Positions 1 to 12,691 of a stretch of 64,000 bases of DNA are shown here, piece by piece. Origin of the DNA: the human T2T-CHM13v2.0 reference genome, Homo sapiens; the NCBI RefSeq assembly GCF_009914755.1, contig NC_060928.1; one strand, written 5' to 3'. The number at the start of each line of letters is the position of its first letter. Position 1 is the stretch's first letter. The translations under genes and the position numbers were made by a program. The notes under the pieces are model-generated. The model searched no databases. It was not told the origin of the DNA and saw only the letters and a program-made list of their open reading frames with translations.

Positions 1-1683
1 TTTATTCCATTTACACTTAAGGTTAATATTGTTATGTGTGAATTTGATCCTGGTATTATGATGCTAGCTGGTTATTTTGCCTGTTAGTTGATGCCGTTTC
101 TTCATAGTGTCAATGGTCTTTACAATTTGGTATGTTTTTGCAGTGGCTAGTACCAGTTTTTCCTTTCCATATTTACTGTGTCCTTCAAAAGCTCTTGTAA
201 GGTGGTGACAAAATCTCTCAGCATTTTCTTGTCTGTCAAAGGTTTCATTTCTCTTTTGCTTATGAAGTTGAATTTGGCTGGATATGAAATTCTGGGTTGA
301 AAATTCTTTAAGAATGTTGAATATTGGCCCCCACTCTCTTCTGGCTTGTAGAGTTTTTGCCGAGAGATCCACTGTTAGTCTGATGAGCTTCTCTCTGTGG
401 GTAACCTGACCTTTCTCTCTGGCTGCCCTTAACATTTTTTTCTTCATTTCAACCTTGGTGAATCTGATGATTATGTGTCTTGGGGTTGCTCTTCCCAAGG
501 AATATCTTTGTGCTGTTCTCTGAATTTCCTGAATTTGAATGTTGGCCTGCCTTGCTAGGTTGGGGAAGTTCTCCTGGATAATATCCTGAAGAGTGTTTTC
601 AAACTTGGTTCCATTCTCCCTGTCACTTTCAGGTACACCAATCAAACATAGGTTTGTTTTTTTCACATAGTCCCTTATTTTTTGGAGGCTTTGTTCATTC
701 CTTTTTATTTTTTTCTCTAATCTTGTCTTCATGCTTTATTTCATTAAATAAATCTTCAATCTCTGATATTCTTTCTTCCGCTTGATTAATTCAACTATTG
801 ATACTTGCGTGTGTTTCACAAAGTTCTTGTGTGGCGTTTTTCAGCTCCATCAGATCATTTATGTTCTTCTCTAAATTAGTTATTCTAGTTAGCAATTCCT
901 CTAACCTTTTTTCAAGGCACTAGCTCCCTTGCATTGGGATAAAACATACTCCTTTAGCTCGGCGGAGTTTGTTGTCACCCACCTTCTGAAGCCTACTTCT
1001 GTCAATTTGTAAAACTCATTCTCTGTCCATTTTTTTTCCCTTGCTGGTGAGGAGTTGTGGTCCTTTGGAGGAGGAGAAGAGCCATTCTGGTTTTAGGAAT
1101 TTTCAGCCTTTTTGAACTGGTTTTTCCTCATCTTCATGGATTTATCTGCCTTCTTTGATGTTAGTGACCTTTGGGTGGGATTTTTGAGTGGACATCCTTT
1201 TTTGTTGATGTTAATGCTATTCCTTTCTGTTTGTTAGTTTTCCTTTTAACAGTCAGGCCCCTCTGCTGCAGGTCTGCTGGAGTTTGCTGGAGGTCTACTC
1301 CAGACCCTGTTTGCCTGGATGTCACCAGCAGAGGCTGCAGAACAGCAAAGATTGCTGCCTGTTCCTTCCTCTGGAAGCTTTGTCCCAGAGGGGCACCTGC
1401 CAAATGCCAGCCAGAGCTCTCCTGTATGAGGTATCTGTGAACCCCTGCTGGGATGTGTCTCTCAGTCAGGATGCAAGAGGGCCAGGGACCCACTTGAGGA
1501 GGCAGTATGTCCCTTAGTAGAGCTCGAGCACTGTGCTTAGAGATCCATTGCTCTCTTCAGAGCTGATGGGCAAGACTGTTTAAGTCTGCTGAAACTTTGT
1601 CCACAGCCACCCCTTTCCCTTTCCCCAGGTGCTCTGTCCCAGAGAGATAGGAGTTTTATCTATAAGCCCGTGACTGGGGCTGT
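1..1683 (-). mobile_element. L1PA (L1PA7/8-like) partial 5'UTR, decayed ORF1 and start of ORF2; continues off the left edge
   Basis: ORF 64..732(-) is L1 ORF1p (ENTLQDIIQENFPNLARQANIQIQEIQRT; RLTVDLSAKTLQARREWGPIF). Bases 1-56 are the reverse complement of the ORF2 N-terminus (GSNSHITILTL) with the ATG mutated. 1140-1683 matches L1 5'UTR. Confidence 0.95.
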
Positions 1684-2449
1684 GAAAGGAGATTATAACT
1701 GTACTGTCCGGTCAGTTCTGTGCCCCTGCCTTATCACACCCTCCTGCACCTTATTAGTTAAAATTTACTTTTGTCTGATGAAATACAGAATGTTAAATAA
1801 GACAGAAACATATTTCTTTCAAAGAACAATATATAAGCCATCCAGAGAGCTGATATTATGACTTCGTTTCCTCAGGAACCCAGTCTCTTTAGGTCTCATT
1901 GCTTCATTATTTCATGATGTTTCTTTTGGTATAATAATACAAGATGATTCTACCACATCCACAACACCCAAAGCAGAGTAAAGGAAGAAGGGTATGAGGC
2001 ATATGCTCTTCCTTTTATGAACATAACCAGGAGATTGACTCCATCCCACTTCTGATTGATAAGGTAATGGGCAAGATAAGAAAATATCGAACAGCTATAG
2101 ATATGGTTCCAACTAAAAACCATATCACTATGAATAAAACAAATAAAGGATACTGTGAGAAAACATGAATTCCTGCCTCCTCCAATTACCCAAATCTGAG
2201 GGTGCCAGAAGCAATTTATGAAAGGAGGTGAAGAAGAAAACATACAAGTAGAAAAATAAACATCAATCTCACTATACAAGAAGTTGCATATCTGTATAGT
2301 GCATGGCTACTGCTTAGAGGGAAGTCTGTCTTCACAAAGAATGCCCAAGACAGTGTTATGGAAGATATGATTAAGGAAACTCCAGATCTGTTGAAACAAA
2401 TGAGATAGTGCTTCATTCTTTGGAAGAAGTTGTTTGATACTTTCATAGC

Positions 2450-2813
2450 TGTTAAGGTTTGGCTGTCTCCCCACTCAAATCTCATCTTGAGTTGTAGCTC
2501 CCATAATTCCCATGTGTTGTGGGAGGGACCTGGTGGGAAAGAACTGAATCATGGGGCGGTTTCCTCCCATACTGTTCTCATGGTAGTGGAAAAGTCTCAC
2601 AAGATATGATAGTTTAATAAGGGGAAACCCCTTTCACTTGGTTCTGATTCTCTCCTGTCTGCCACCATGTAAGACATGCCTTTCACCTTCCACCATGATT
2701 GCGAGGCCTCCCCAGTCACATGAAACTGTGAGTCTATTAAACCTCTTTTTTTTTAAATAAATAACCCAGTCTCAGATATGTCTTTATAAGCAGCATAAAA
2801 ATGGTTTAATACA
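2450..2813 (+). mobile_element. THE1C-like MaLR LTR
   Basis: tgttaaggtttggctg...aaatctcatcttga...aaggggaaacccctttcacttgg...attaaacctct...ttaataca, with TG..CA ends. Confidence 0.9.
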
Positions 2814-3309
2814 GTAAATTGGTAATGGTAGAGTGGGGATCTGCTGTAAAGATACCTGGAAATATGGAAGTAACTTTGGAATTGGGTAACAGGCAGAGGT
2901 TGAAACAGTTTGGAGGGCTCAGAAGAATAAAGAAAAAAATGTGGGAAAGTTTGGAACTTCCTAGAGACTTGGTGAATGGATTTGACCAAAATGCTGATAA
3001 TGATATGGAACAATGAAACCCAAAATGAGATGGTCACAGATGGAGATGAGGAACTTGTTGGGAACTGGAGTAAAGGTGACTCTTGCTGTGTTTTAGCAAA
3101 GAGACAGGTAGCATTTTGCTCTTGCCCTAGAGATTTGTGGAACTTTGAACTTGAAGATGATTTAAGGTGTCTGGCAAAAGAAATTTCTAAGCAGCAAAGC
3201 ACTTAAGAGGTGACTTGGGTTTTGTTAAAAGCATTCAGTTTTAAAAGAGAAACACAGCATAAGAGTTTAGATATTTTGCACACAGATGATGCAGTGAAAA
3301 AGAAAAACC
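2814..3309 (+). mobile_element. THE1 internal (MaLR-int) 5' fragment
   Basis: gtaaattggta follows the LTR directly. Translations NVEVTLELGNRQR-like, KMWESLELPRDLVNGFDQNADNDM and EELVGNWSKGDSC are typical of the MaLR internal ORF. Confidence 0.9.
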
Positions 3310-4528
3310 GTGGATTCACAGAATGTCTTATCCACCACCATAATATTGCACACAGCATTGCCTCTGACCAAGGCACTCACTTTATAGCTAAAGAAGTGCA
3401 GCAGTGGGCTCATGCTTATGGAATTCACTGGTCTTACCATGTTCCCCATTATCCTGAAGCAGGTGGATTGATAGACTGATGGAATGGCCTTTTAAAGTGA
3501 CAATTACAATGCCAACTAGGTGTCAAAACTTTGTAGGGCGGGGAGAGAGTTCCCTAGAAGGCTGTGTATGCTCTGAATCAGCATCAAATATATGGTACTG
3601 TTTCTCTCCTAGCTGGGATTCAAGGGGCCAAGAAGCAAGGGGTGGAAGTGGAAGTGGCACCCTCACCCTCACCCCTCATGACCCACTAGCAAAATTTTTG
3701 CTTCCTGTTCCTATGACATTACATTCTGCTGGCCTAGAGGTCTTAGTTCCAGAGGGAGGAATGCTGCCACCAGGGGACACAATGATTCCATTAAACTGGA
3801 TGTTAGATTGGCACCTGGACACTTTGGGCTCCTCCTATCCATAAGTCAGCAGGCTAAGAAGGGAGTTAGTGTTTGCTAGGGTGATTGATCCGGACTATCA
3901 AGATGAAATTAGTCTTCTATTCCACAATGGAGTTAAGGAAGAGTATGCATGGAATACAGGAGATCCCTTAGGGTGTCTGTTAATTTTACCATGCCCTGTG
4001 ATTAAGGTCAATGGGAAACTACAATAGCCCAATCCAGGCAGGACTACAAGTGGCCCAGATTCTTCAGGAATGAATGTTTGGGTTACTCTACCGGGTAAAA
4101 AACCATGAGCTGCTGAGGTCTTTGCTGAAGGCAAAGGGAATACAGACTGGGAAGTAGGAGAAGGTAGTTATCAATACCAGTTACAACCAGGTGGCCAGTT
4201 GCAGAAATGAGGACTGTAATTGTCCTAAGTATTTCCACTTTATTTTGTTAAGAACATGTTGGTGCATTATACACTTGTACTAAAAAAATCTTTATTTTGT
4301 TTTCTTTTTTCTTTATCATGTGACATAAGATTGATTGAGTTCATATCAGCATTTAAGTGTTGTTAACTTTATGTCATAGCACTTGGACTGGCGATTGGTG
4401 CATTTCCAGTTGAAGGAAGGGTAGCTATATTACATTAGGCATAATTACTACCTTCTTATTGTCTTTATTTAAAAATTATATATGATTTGAGGAGATGTGT
4501 ATGGGTTCAAGTTGACAAGGGGTGGATT
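3308..4528 (+). mobile_element. HERV-L internal 3' part: integrase core/C-terminus, dUTPase, polypurine tract
   Basis: Integrase segment TECLIHHHNIAHSIASDQGTHF..QWAHAYGIHWSYHVPHYPEAGGLI; dUTPase-like PEGGMLPPGDT and GVIDPDYQDEI (~3879-3910); PPT gacaaggggtggat before the LTR. Confidence 0.92.
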
Positions 4529-5038
4529 TGTGATGGTCAATTTTGAGTGTCAACTTGATTGGATTGAAGGATGCAAAATATTGTTCCTGGGTATGTCTGT
4601 GAGGGTGTTGCCAAAGGAGATGAACATTTGAGTCAGTGGACTGGAAAAGGCAGACCCAGTCTCAATCTGGGTGGACACAATCTAATTAACTGCCAGTGTG
4701 GCCAGAATATAAAGCAGACAGGAGAATGTGGAAAGACTAAAGTACCCCAGTCTTCTGGTCTCCATCTTTCTCCATGCTGGAAGCTTCCTGCCCTTGAACA
4801 TCAAAATCCAAGTTCTTCAGCTTTGAGACTCTTAGATCTTTGACCACAGACTGAAGGCTGTACTGTTGGCTTCCCTACTTTTGAGGTTTTGGTACCCAGA
4901 CTGGTTTCCATGCTCCTCAGCTTGCAGACAGCCTATTGTAGGACTTCACCTTGTGAGTCAATATTCATTAATAAACTCCCTTTTATATATACATCTATCC
5001 TATTAGTTCTGTCCCTCTAGAGAACCCTGACTAATATA
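4529..5038 (+). mobile_element. MLT2A-family LTR (HERV-L 3' LTR)
   Basis: tgtgatggtcaattttgagtgtcaacttgattggattgaaggatgc...aataaactccc...ctagagaaccctgactaatata. Confidence 0.92.
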
Positions 5039-5249
5039 ATAACTTTAGAAAAAAAAATCATTCTGTCGGTTTAAATACATGATCTCTCCAATGTTTTCTC
5101 TGAAAAATAAAGACAGACTGAGTCTTTTTGAAAATTGAATGTAAACCAAGAAAAATAATTCTACCTCTACAATTTAGTCTATGCTAAAATGTATATTTTT
5201 ATATATTACAAAACATAATATATTAAACTTATTATTACATATTATATAT

Positions 5250-5544
<295 letters not shown>

Positions 5545-5929
5545 TATATGTTTTCTTATGTAATTGTTAAATGACTAGGTAGAAGTTCCCAGTCTAAATC
5601 AGAGATAACACAAGTAATGTAATTATGTCAGTGAGATGAGTAATTTATTGCAAACATATGGCTATCTATGGAAGTAAAACTAAACAGAGAACTGTTTATT
5701 TATCAGAAGATTAAAGAAAAAAATTCATGGTACTGGCCAGAGATATTTTTCTAAGTGCCAGAAATGTGTCTTTAGATTTATTTGAATAAGAAGGTGAAAG
5801 AGTAAAGATATCATCTGCTATGAACCTATTAACATGTACTTCTTTAATATAATTATTACATATGGATTAGTGTAAAGATAACTCATTTTTATATTGTCTA
5901 ACTGTACATACATATTATATGTTTTTTCA

Positions 5930-6240
5930 TGTAAATCTTGTAACTGTGACCTCTTTATAATTTTCCTAATTAGTTAATATTGTTTACTGCTATCAGTTTC
6001 ATTTATTATATTACCTGGGAATTTCTTCTTATAGGTATGAATGTATTAATTTTATATATTAATTTTGCAACCAGTTGTCTTACTAAAATTTATTATCACT
6101 GATAATGGTTTTCCAATAGGTTCTCCTGAGCTTCTCTTTTAAGAAATATATCATTTTTGTTAATGATTTTCCCACTTCAGTTTCAATTATAATTCCTCTT
6201 ATTTCTTTCTCTTATCTGATTTTGTTGGTTAATACCTTTA
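5930..6240 (-). mobile_element. Old L1 (L1M/L1ME) ORF2 fragment
   Basis: ttttatatattaattttgcaaccag...ttatttctttctcttatctgatt resembles antisense L1 ORF2, as in the other L1s in this window. Confidence 0.5.
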
Positions 6241-6502
6241 AAGCCAGAATTTTTCCAGAGTAAGAAGACATTTATCTAGGTCAAATTTTTTGTCATACTC
6301 CTATCCCTGTTTAGTGCTGATGGTTTGTCTGCTTGGTATTAATCTGGAAGGATATATATGGCTTGACTAAAATTCTTTTGTCTTTAAAATAGTATCATTC
6401 TACTTATGTGGGATTTCCACCTATTTTTCCTGTTTTGTACATAGAAGTAGGTTATTAGTCTTCTTTATTTTCTAGGATATTACATGAAAGGAAATACATA
6501 CA

Positions 6503-6598
6503 TATAGAATATATATTTATATATCTTTCATAGAATATATATATTTCTATATATCTTTTATAGAATATATATATTTATATATATCTTTTATAGAATAT
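6503..6598. repeat. ~30-bp AT-rich tandem repeat, about 3 copies
   Basis: The unit tagaatatatatatttatatatatctttta is repeated. Confidence 0.85.
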
Positions 6599-7834
6599 AA
6601 CACAATCATTGCCTCCAATATTTTTTAGTCATGTCCCAGTGTTTAATGGGCTTATTTTAGTTCTTTTCAGGACCTATACATTTATAGAATAAAAATCTTT
6701 ATTGCATTGTGTTTTTGAGGAAAGTTTTTATCTTTATTGTTATTTTAATGACATATTTGTGGAGGGAAAAATATTGTTCATCTTTCTTTATTAAAATTAG
6801 GAATTATTTGTTCCTAAACTTTTGAATGCCTTCTTCAAGAACGCAGTGAGCAGTATTAACAGGAATAATGAAAAGCTGGTAATAAATATATATCTAATAA
6901 TAGAAAACACATTATGTTCTTTATCAGTACGTGATTTTGAATTATATTTTTACTAAATTATTTTATGAGAAGTTAATTTTCAAAATTAAACACAGCTGGC
7001 TTTGTTGTAAAGCACAAAAGGAGAGGGAGGCAAAAGATAAACATTTCACAACCTTTAAAAAGCATAAAAATATTGGAAATAAATTAAGGCACTATATATT
7101 TTCTTTTATTTAACAACTTTAAACAACTTACATATTACTCATATAACTAGAAAATTTAAAAATTAGCTTTTTACTTAACATGAGTGTGATGAATAACTTG
7201 CACTTAGTTCTTTAATCACATAAATTATTAAAAATGATTAAAGAAAAAGGAACATTTCAAAAGTTGTTTTGAAGTATCTATAGATTATATTTGTACACAA
7301 GCTGCATATGTCTAAAATATAATATATATACAACTTTATATTCAATGATATACAATGACTCTTAATAACATGTAAATATACAACTTATCACAAACTAATT
7401 TGTAGCACTAAATTATTTTTCTTAATTTCCAAACATAAAATTTTCAAATAAACTCAGTCTATTTTTATTTTGCAGAGAACACATTGGCAAGATTATGTAT
7501 TTGAACATACTGACAGATTGATTTTTCCTAAAGCTAAAAAATTATCAAGCAACTTCCCTCTCCAAAAAAAGAAAGCATCACCTCATTTATATCATGAGGT
7601 TTGGGGGTTCCTTAATGAATATCTTTCATAACACTGATTTGGGCATTCTTTTCAAACATATACGTGCCTCTAAAACAAAAGCTAGGTCATGTATAACGAT
7701 CATGTCATGCAACTTCTTGTGAATGTACATCAAGAAACAGATGCTTCTAACATCTCTTCTTTGCAGCCTGGAGAACATAAAGTGATGGATCATGAAAATT
7801 TCACTTCTATATAGAATTTTAGCATAATTTAAAC

Positions 7835-8343
7835 TAGGAGTCAGTTCTCTAAATGGACACATACACATTTTAGATTTGGGAGGCTGTACATGGCCTCGGT
7901 TGCAACTACTTTGCCAAAGTGAGAATGAAGCCATTGATAATACTTTAAAAACAAATGTGGTCATGTTCCAAAAAAAATTTATAAAATAGGCAGCCAGGCC
8001 AGGCGTGGCGGCTTATACCTGCAATACCAGCAATTTGGGAGGCCGAGACAGGCAGATCACCTGAGGTCAGGAGTTCGAGATCATTCTGGCCAACATGGTG
8101 AAATCCCGTCTCTACTAAAAATACAAAAATTAGCTGGGTGTGGTGGTCCATTCCTGTAACCCTAGCTCCTAGGGAAGCTGAGCTACTAGAATCACTTGAA
8201 CCTGGGAGGCAGAGGTTGCGGTGAGCCAAGATCATGCCTGCCACTGCACTCCAGTACCTAGGTGACAGAATGAGACTCTGTCTCAAAACAAAACAAAACA
8301 AAACAAGGCAGCCAGCTAGTAGGTCACAGTTTACTTACTCTTA
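7835..8343 (+). mobile_element. MER58A-like hAT MITE split by an Alu
   Basis: gttgcaactact...gaagccattgataatact...catgttccaaaaaaaatttat, resuming after the Alu with ggtcacagtttacttactc. Confidence 0.65.
7997..8305 (+). mobile_element. Alu (AluSx-like) with (CAAAA)n tail
   Basis: ggccaggcgtggcggc...cacctgaggtcaggagttcgag...; TSD aggcagcca at 7988-7996 and 8306-8314. Confidence 0.95.
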
Positions 8344-8789
8344 AATAAGATTATAAGTTTCATGTGTGCCTTGTACATGAAGAGTTGCAAATTAAGTATT
8401 TATAAAACATAGAAATAATTATTAGAGTTTTTTAGTTTGCTTCATCAAAGTTTTGGTAGTTTCTATACAATCACTTGAATAATGAATATCAAAAGTGTTT
8501 GTTTCTTTTTGAACGACTTTTTAACATCACTTGGACTTAGGGTGACAAAAAAATCTGTTTTTATTTCTTATACTTAATATTGCTAGTTAACAAATCCAAT
8601 AATAAATAAATAAAACATCTAGGTGGAGATTTATCATCCTACACACATACATAGTGTTGAGTACACTTCCTCAGGGCAATTATGAGCTTTTCTGCTACAT
8701 ATTAATATACATCTTCTTGAAAATTGCACATTCTGTAAAATTACACTAAAACATATGATTATGAATATGGTAAACATATGATTTGTCAA

Positions 8790-9605
8790 TCAAACCATGG
8801 TACTTTCAAAAATGAAGGAGCATAATCCAGTGGAACAGGCTAGAGAACCCATAAATAAAGTTGCACACCTACAACCAAGGGATCTGCATCTGATCACACC
8901 TACAACCATAAGACCACAGTGAGATACCCTCTCACACCAGTCAGAATGCTGACAAGGTTGTGGAGGAAAGGGAATGCTTATACACTCCTGGTGGGAATGC
9001 CACTGTGGCAAGCAGTTTGGAAGTTTCTCAAAGAACTTCAAACAGAACTACTATTCAACTCAGCAATCTCATTACTGGGTATATACCCAAAGGAACATAA
9101 ATCATTCCACTATAAAGTCACATACACACACATGTTCATCACAGCACTCCATAGTAGCAAATAGATGGAATCAACATAGAAGCCTATCAATGGTGCACTG
9201 GATAAAGGAAATGTGGTACATGTACACCGTGGAATACTGTGCAGCCATAAAAAGAATGAAATTTTGTCTTTTGCAGCAACATGGATGTAGCTGGAGGCCA
9301 GTATCCTAAGTAAATAAATGCAGAAACAGAAAACCAAATACCGCATGTTCTCACTTATAAGTGGCAGCTAAATTCTGGGTACTCATGAACACATAGACAG
9401 GAACAATAGACACCCGGGGCCTACTCCAGGTGGAGGGTGGGAGTGGAGTAAGGATCAAAAAAACTACCTACTGAGTACTATGCTTACTACCTGGGTGACA
9501 AAATAATTTTACATCAATCTCCTGCAACACACAATTTACCCATGTAGTAAAACTGTGTGTGTACTCTCTTAACCTAAATTAAAAATTGAAAGGAAAAAAA
9601 AAAGA
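8790..9605 (+). mobile_element. L1 3' end (older L1PA, ~PA13-16), 5'-truncated and internally deleted
   Basis: ORF2 C-terminus (MRYPLTPVRM..; AISLLGIYPKE..THMFITAL), 3'UTR gcatgttctcacttataagtgg, A-rich tail at ~9590-9605. Confidence 0.9.
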
Positions 9606-10179
9606 AGTCACTAAAAATAAAGTCTAACATTATTTAAACTTGAAGAAAACAATGTATTAATGAATTACTCGTTTGTATTAAAATCTGTGTCTTAGGCTCA
9701 TTTACCTTAGCAGTTTAAATGGCCAGGCATTCTCAGGTGGTTTCTACTGTTGGAACATGAGATTCTCCTTTTAAATATTGAAATAGGTTCTATTCATACA
9801 AAATATTTTTACTAGATTATAATATTACTATTAATATCAACCAAGAGAAATTAGTAAAGTTACAATTCATTTAGTTTATATTTTATTAATTTTATTATAT
9901 TTTACAGATAGAATAACTTTTATAAATATTTGAAAATTTGAGTAGATATTTGGATGTATTACTGTTTACTTGAAATAATGAAAGATATGTAAATTTGCAT
10001 CTATCACCTATTAAGTCTTTAGGAAATAATGAGTAAATGTAAGATTTCAGAGTCTCCTTGCAATCATTTTAACTCTCCAAGTTCCTGAGTAACAGGTTGG
10101 GCTCTCTGACCTGAGGAAAATAAATAATATAAATACAAAATAATACTTGCATTTTCTTCACCAGGGCATTATGCTCTCT

Positions 10180-10287
10180 GGACTGTAACCTCCTTATGAC
10201 TATCTTGGATCCTCAATACCCAGCACAGTATCTGACACATAATAGGAACTCAATCCATGTTTATTTTATGAATAAATTAATGAATTT
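10180..10287 (+). mobile_element. L2 3'-end fragment
   Basis: cccagcacagtatctgacacataataggaactcaatccatgttt...atgaataaattaatgaat. Confidence 0.65.
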
Positions 10288-10369
10288 CACTTAAAAAAGA
10301 ATGAAAGACAATTATAGTTATGCCAGGAATACAATAAAAAATCCTTAAATCAGGTCAATCAGGGACATT

Positions 10370-10910
10370 CTGGGAAGAATGAAAACATTGCCTCTATCTT
10401 TCTAGCGTTTTTTGATTGGGCCTGAGGATTGAGTTGACATAAAACAGACCAACAGGAGAAAACATATAAATTTAATTAACACATACTTGATGTGGCCCAG
10501 GAAAATGAAGAAATAAAGACCAAAGACAAAGTTGGAGTTAAACACTCATACACTGAATTAGAAAAAGAGCAATACATTGTAAAAATGTGGCAAGACACAG
10601 AGGCTTAGCTTAGGCCAGTCAATTGGATGGAGAAGTCACTAGGATGGTAAGGGTTAGGCTATCGAGATTTGCTTGTATCAATTTTCTTCAAGTTTAACTG
10701 TCCATCCTTGAAAATAATAACAATTCTTTCATTTCCTTCTGATATAAGTAGGGCATCTTTTACAAGAGAATTTTATCTCCTGCTTTTTAAGTAACAGAGC
10801 AAAGGTCAGAGTGATTTTCTTGCACCTGCTGGTTTTCAAGTGCCTTTAACTTAAAATAGTAAATGTGCCAAAACAGCATATTTTGGGCTGGACTTTTCTG
10901 AACTCCTTCA
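10370..10910 (-). mobile_element. ERV1 solo LTR, MER34/MER39 family
   Basis: Ends cttaaaatagt..gccaaaacagcatattttgggctggacttttctgaactccttca, the reverse complement of a MER34/39-type start. Similar to the LTRs at 25601 and 29285. Confidence 0.75.
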
Positions 10911-12691
10911 CTTTCCAGGACTTATGATCCTAATTATGAGAAAATGAGGTGGAGGAAAGACTCCTCAGGACACATTCAAGTTTGTATCAAAGAATTAAAT
11001 TAAATAGTAATTGGACCTTGGGGGAGATAACTTGGACCAATCAGGCAGTTTAGATGGCTACAGGCAACTACTACAATATCAAATAGGCATGTCGCAACAA
11101 TATAGATGTCCTGACAACAGTTTGCTTAGAGCTAAGGCTACTCAACTGATGTGAGAATGAACATAAAATGAAGCCCTGCACCCCTGAAGCTGCCATTAAG
11201 CAGCAGAGTAGGCCGTGAAACCTGTGAGCAGTCAAGAGCAGCTCAAGACTGAAGGTGTGCCTTCCTGGGGGCAAGTGTTCATTTTCACTTTTGTTGAAAT
11301 ACAGCTCAAAGAGGTCTGGGTGAGGTAAAATTCACTTGCCTTTTCATGTTGGAGGTTTTAACCCTACTACTATTACCTCAGCTTTTCTTGCTTAGGAAAG
11401 ATTATGAATCAACCAATTTGACTTTCACATTTTACTGAAGTTACAGGTTGATGCTCCTATTATGTTAGAAGCTCCTATTTAGTGATCATGTAAGAGAAAT
11501 CCTGTTACAAAGCAGTGCTGTTTTTCCTATCACTCTAGATTAAACCATACAATTGAATTAACTTTTTAAAAATATGCAGTTAGAAGAAATAGCACAGAGA
11601 CAGCCTCCTTATACATTTTGCTCAGTTTTCCCCCAGGTAACATTTTGCAAAATTATAGCATAATATCATAACCAGGATATTGGCATTGATATAATTCACC
11701 AATCTTATTCATATTTGCCCAGAATGTGTGCATGATGTTCTATACAATTGTGTCATCTATGTAGTTTCCTATATCCACCACCATAGTCAACATACTGAAC
11801 AGTTCCAACACCACTGGAAACGTTTTTGTTGCCCTCACTGTTCCTTGGCCCCTTGGCCCTGTCACCAGTTAACCACTATTCTGTCCTCTACTTCCAAACT
11901 CTTCTCCTTTCAAAAAATGCTACATCAATGGAATCACACAGTGTGTAAGCTTTTGGGGTTCATGACTTTTTTTGTGTTCCACATAATTTCCTGCAGATTC
12001 ATTCAAATTGTTACATGTATAAAATGTGTTCCTTTTTATTGCTGATTAGTATTCTATGGTATGATTATATCCTAGTGTGTTTATTCACCTATTGAAGGAC
12101 TTTGGGGACGACTCCAGTCTTCATTCAAAATAAAACCATTATAAACATTCATGTACAAGTTTTGTTTGGACATAAATTTTTTTATTTATCTTTTAGCCAA
12201 TGACCAGAAGTACAACTGGGTCATATGGTGTTTATATGTTAAGTTTTTACAATAATTGCTAAATTGTTTTCCAGAGTGATTGTATCATTTATATTCCCAC
12301 CCGTAATTCATAAGTAACATAGTTAATTTGCAAACTTTCTAATACTTGGTGTTCTTTCTCTTATTATTATCATCTTTAAACTTTAGCCATTTTGATAGGT
12401 GTTTTGTGTGGTATAGTGGTTTTAATTTACATTTCCCTAATGGCTAATGATGCAAAACATATTTTCATGTGTTTCTTTGCTATTTGTACATTCTTTTTGC
12501 TGAAATGTCTACACATGTATTTTGCCAATTTTCTGATTAGATTGTGTTTTCACTGTTGAATTTTAGTTCTTTATATATTCTAGATAGTAATCAATGGTTA
12601 AATATCCAGTTTGCAAATGCCGTATTTTCACTCAGTCGATTGCTTGTCTTTTCCCTTCTCATGAGCTTTCAGAGAACAAATGTTTTAGTTT

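Noticed and set aside
64-732. 222-aa ORF as a host gene
   Set aside because: It is a frameshifted L1 ORF1p fragment.
1690-2440. Possible old MaLR/LTR fragments (also ~11000-11300, 49640-49900, 52900-53200)
   Set aside because: Only a vague resemblance; I cannot support a family or boundaries.
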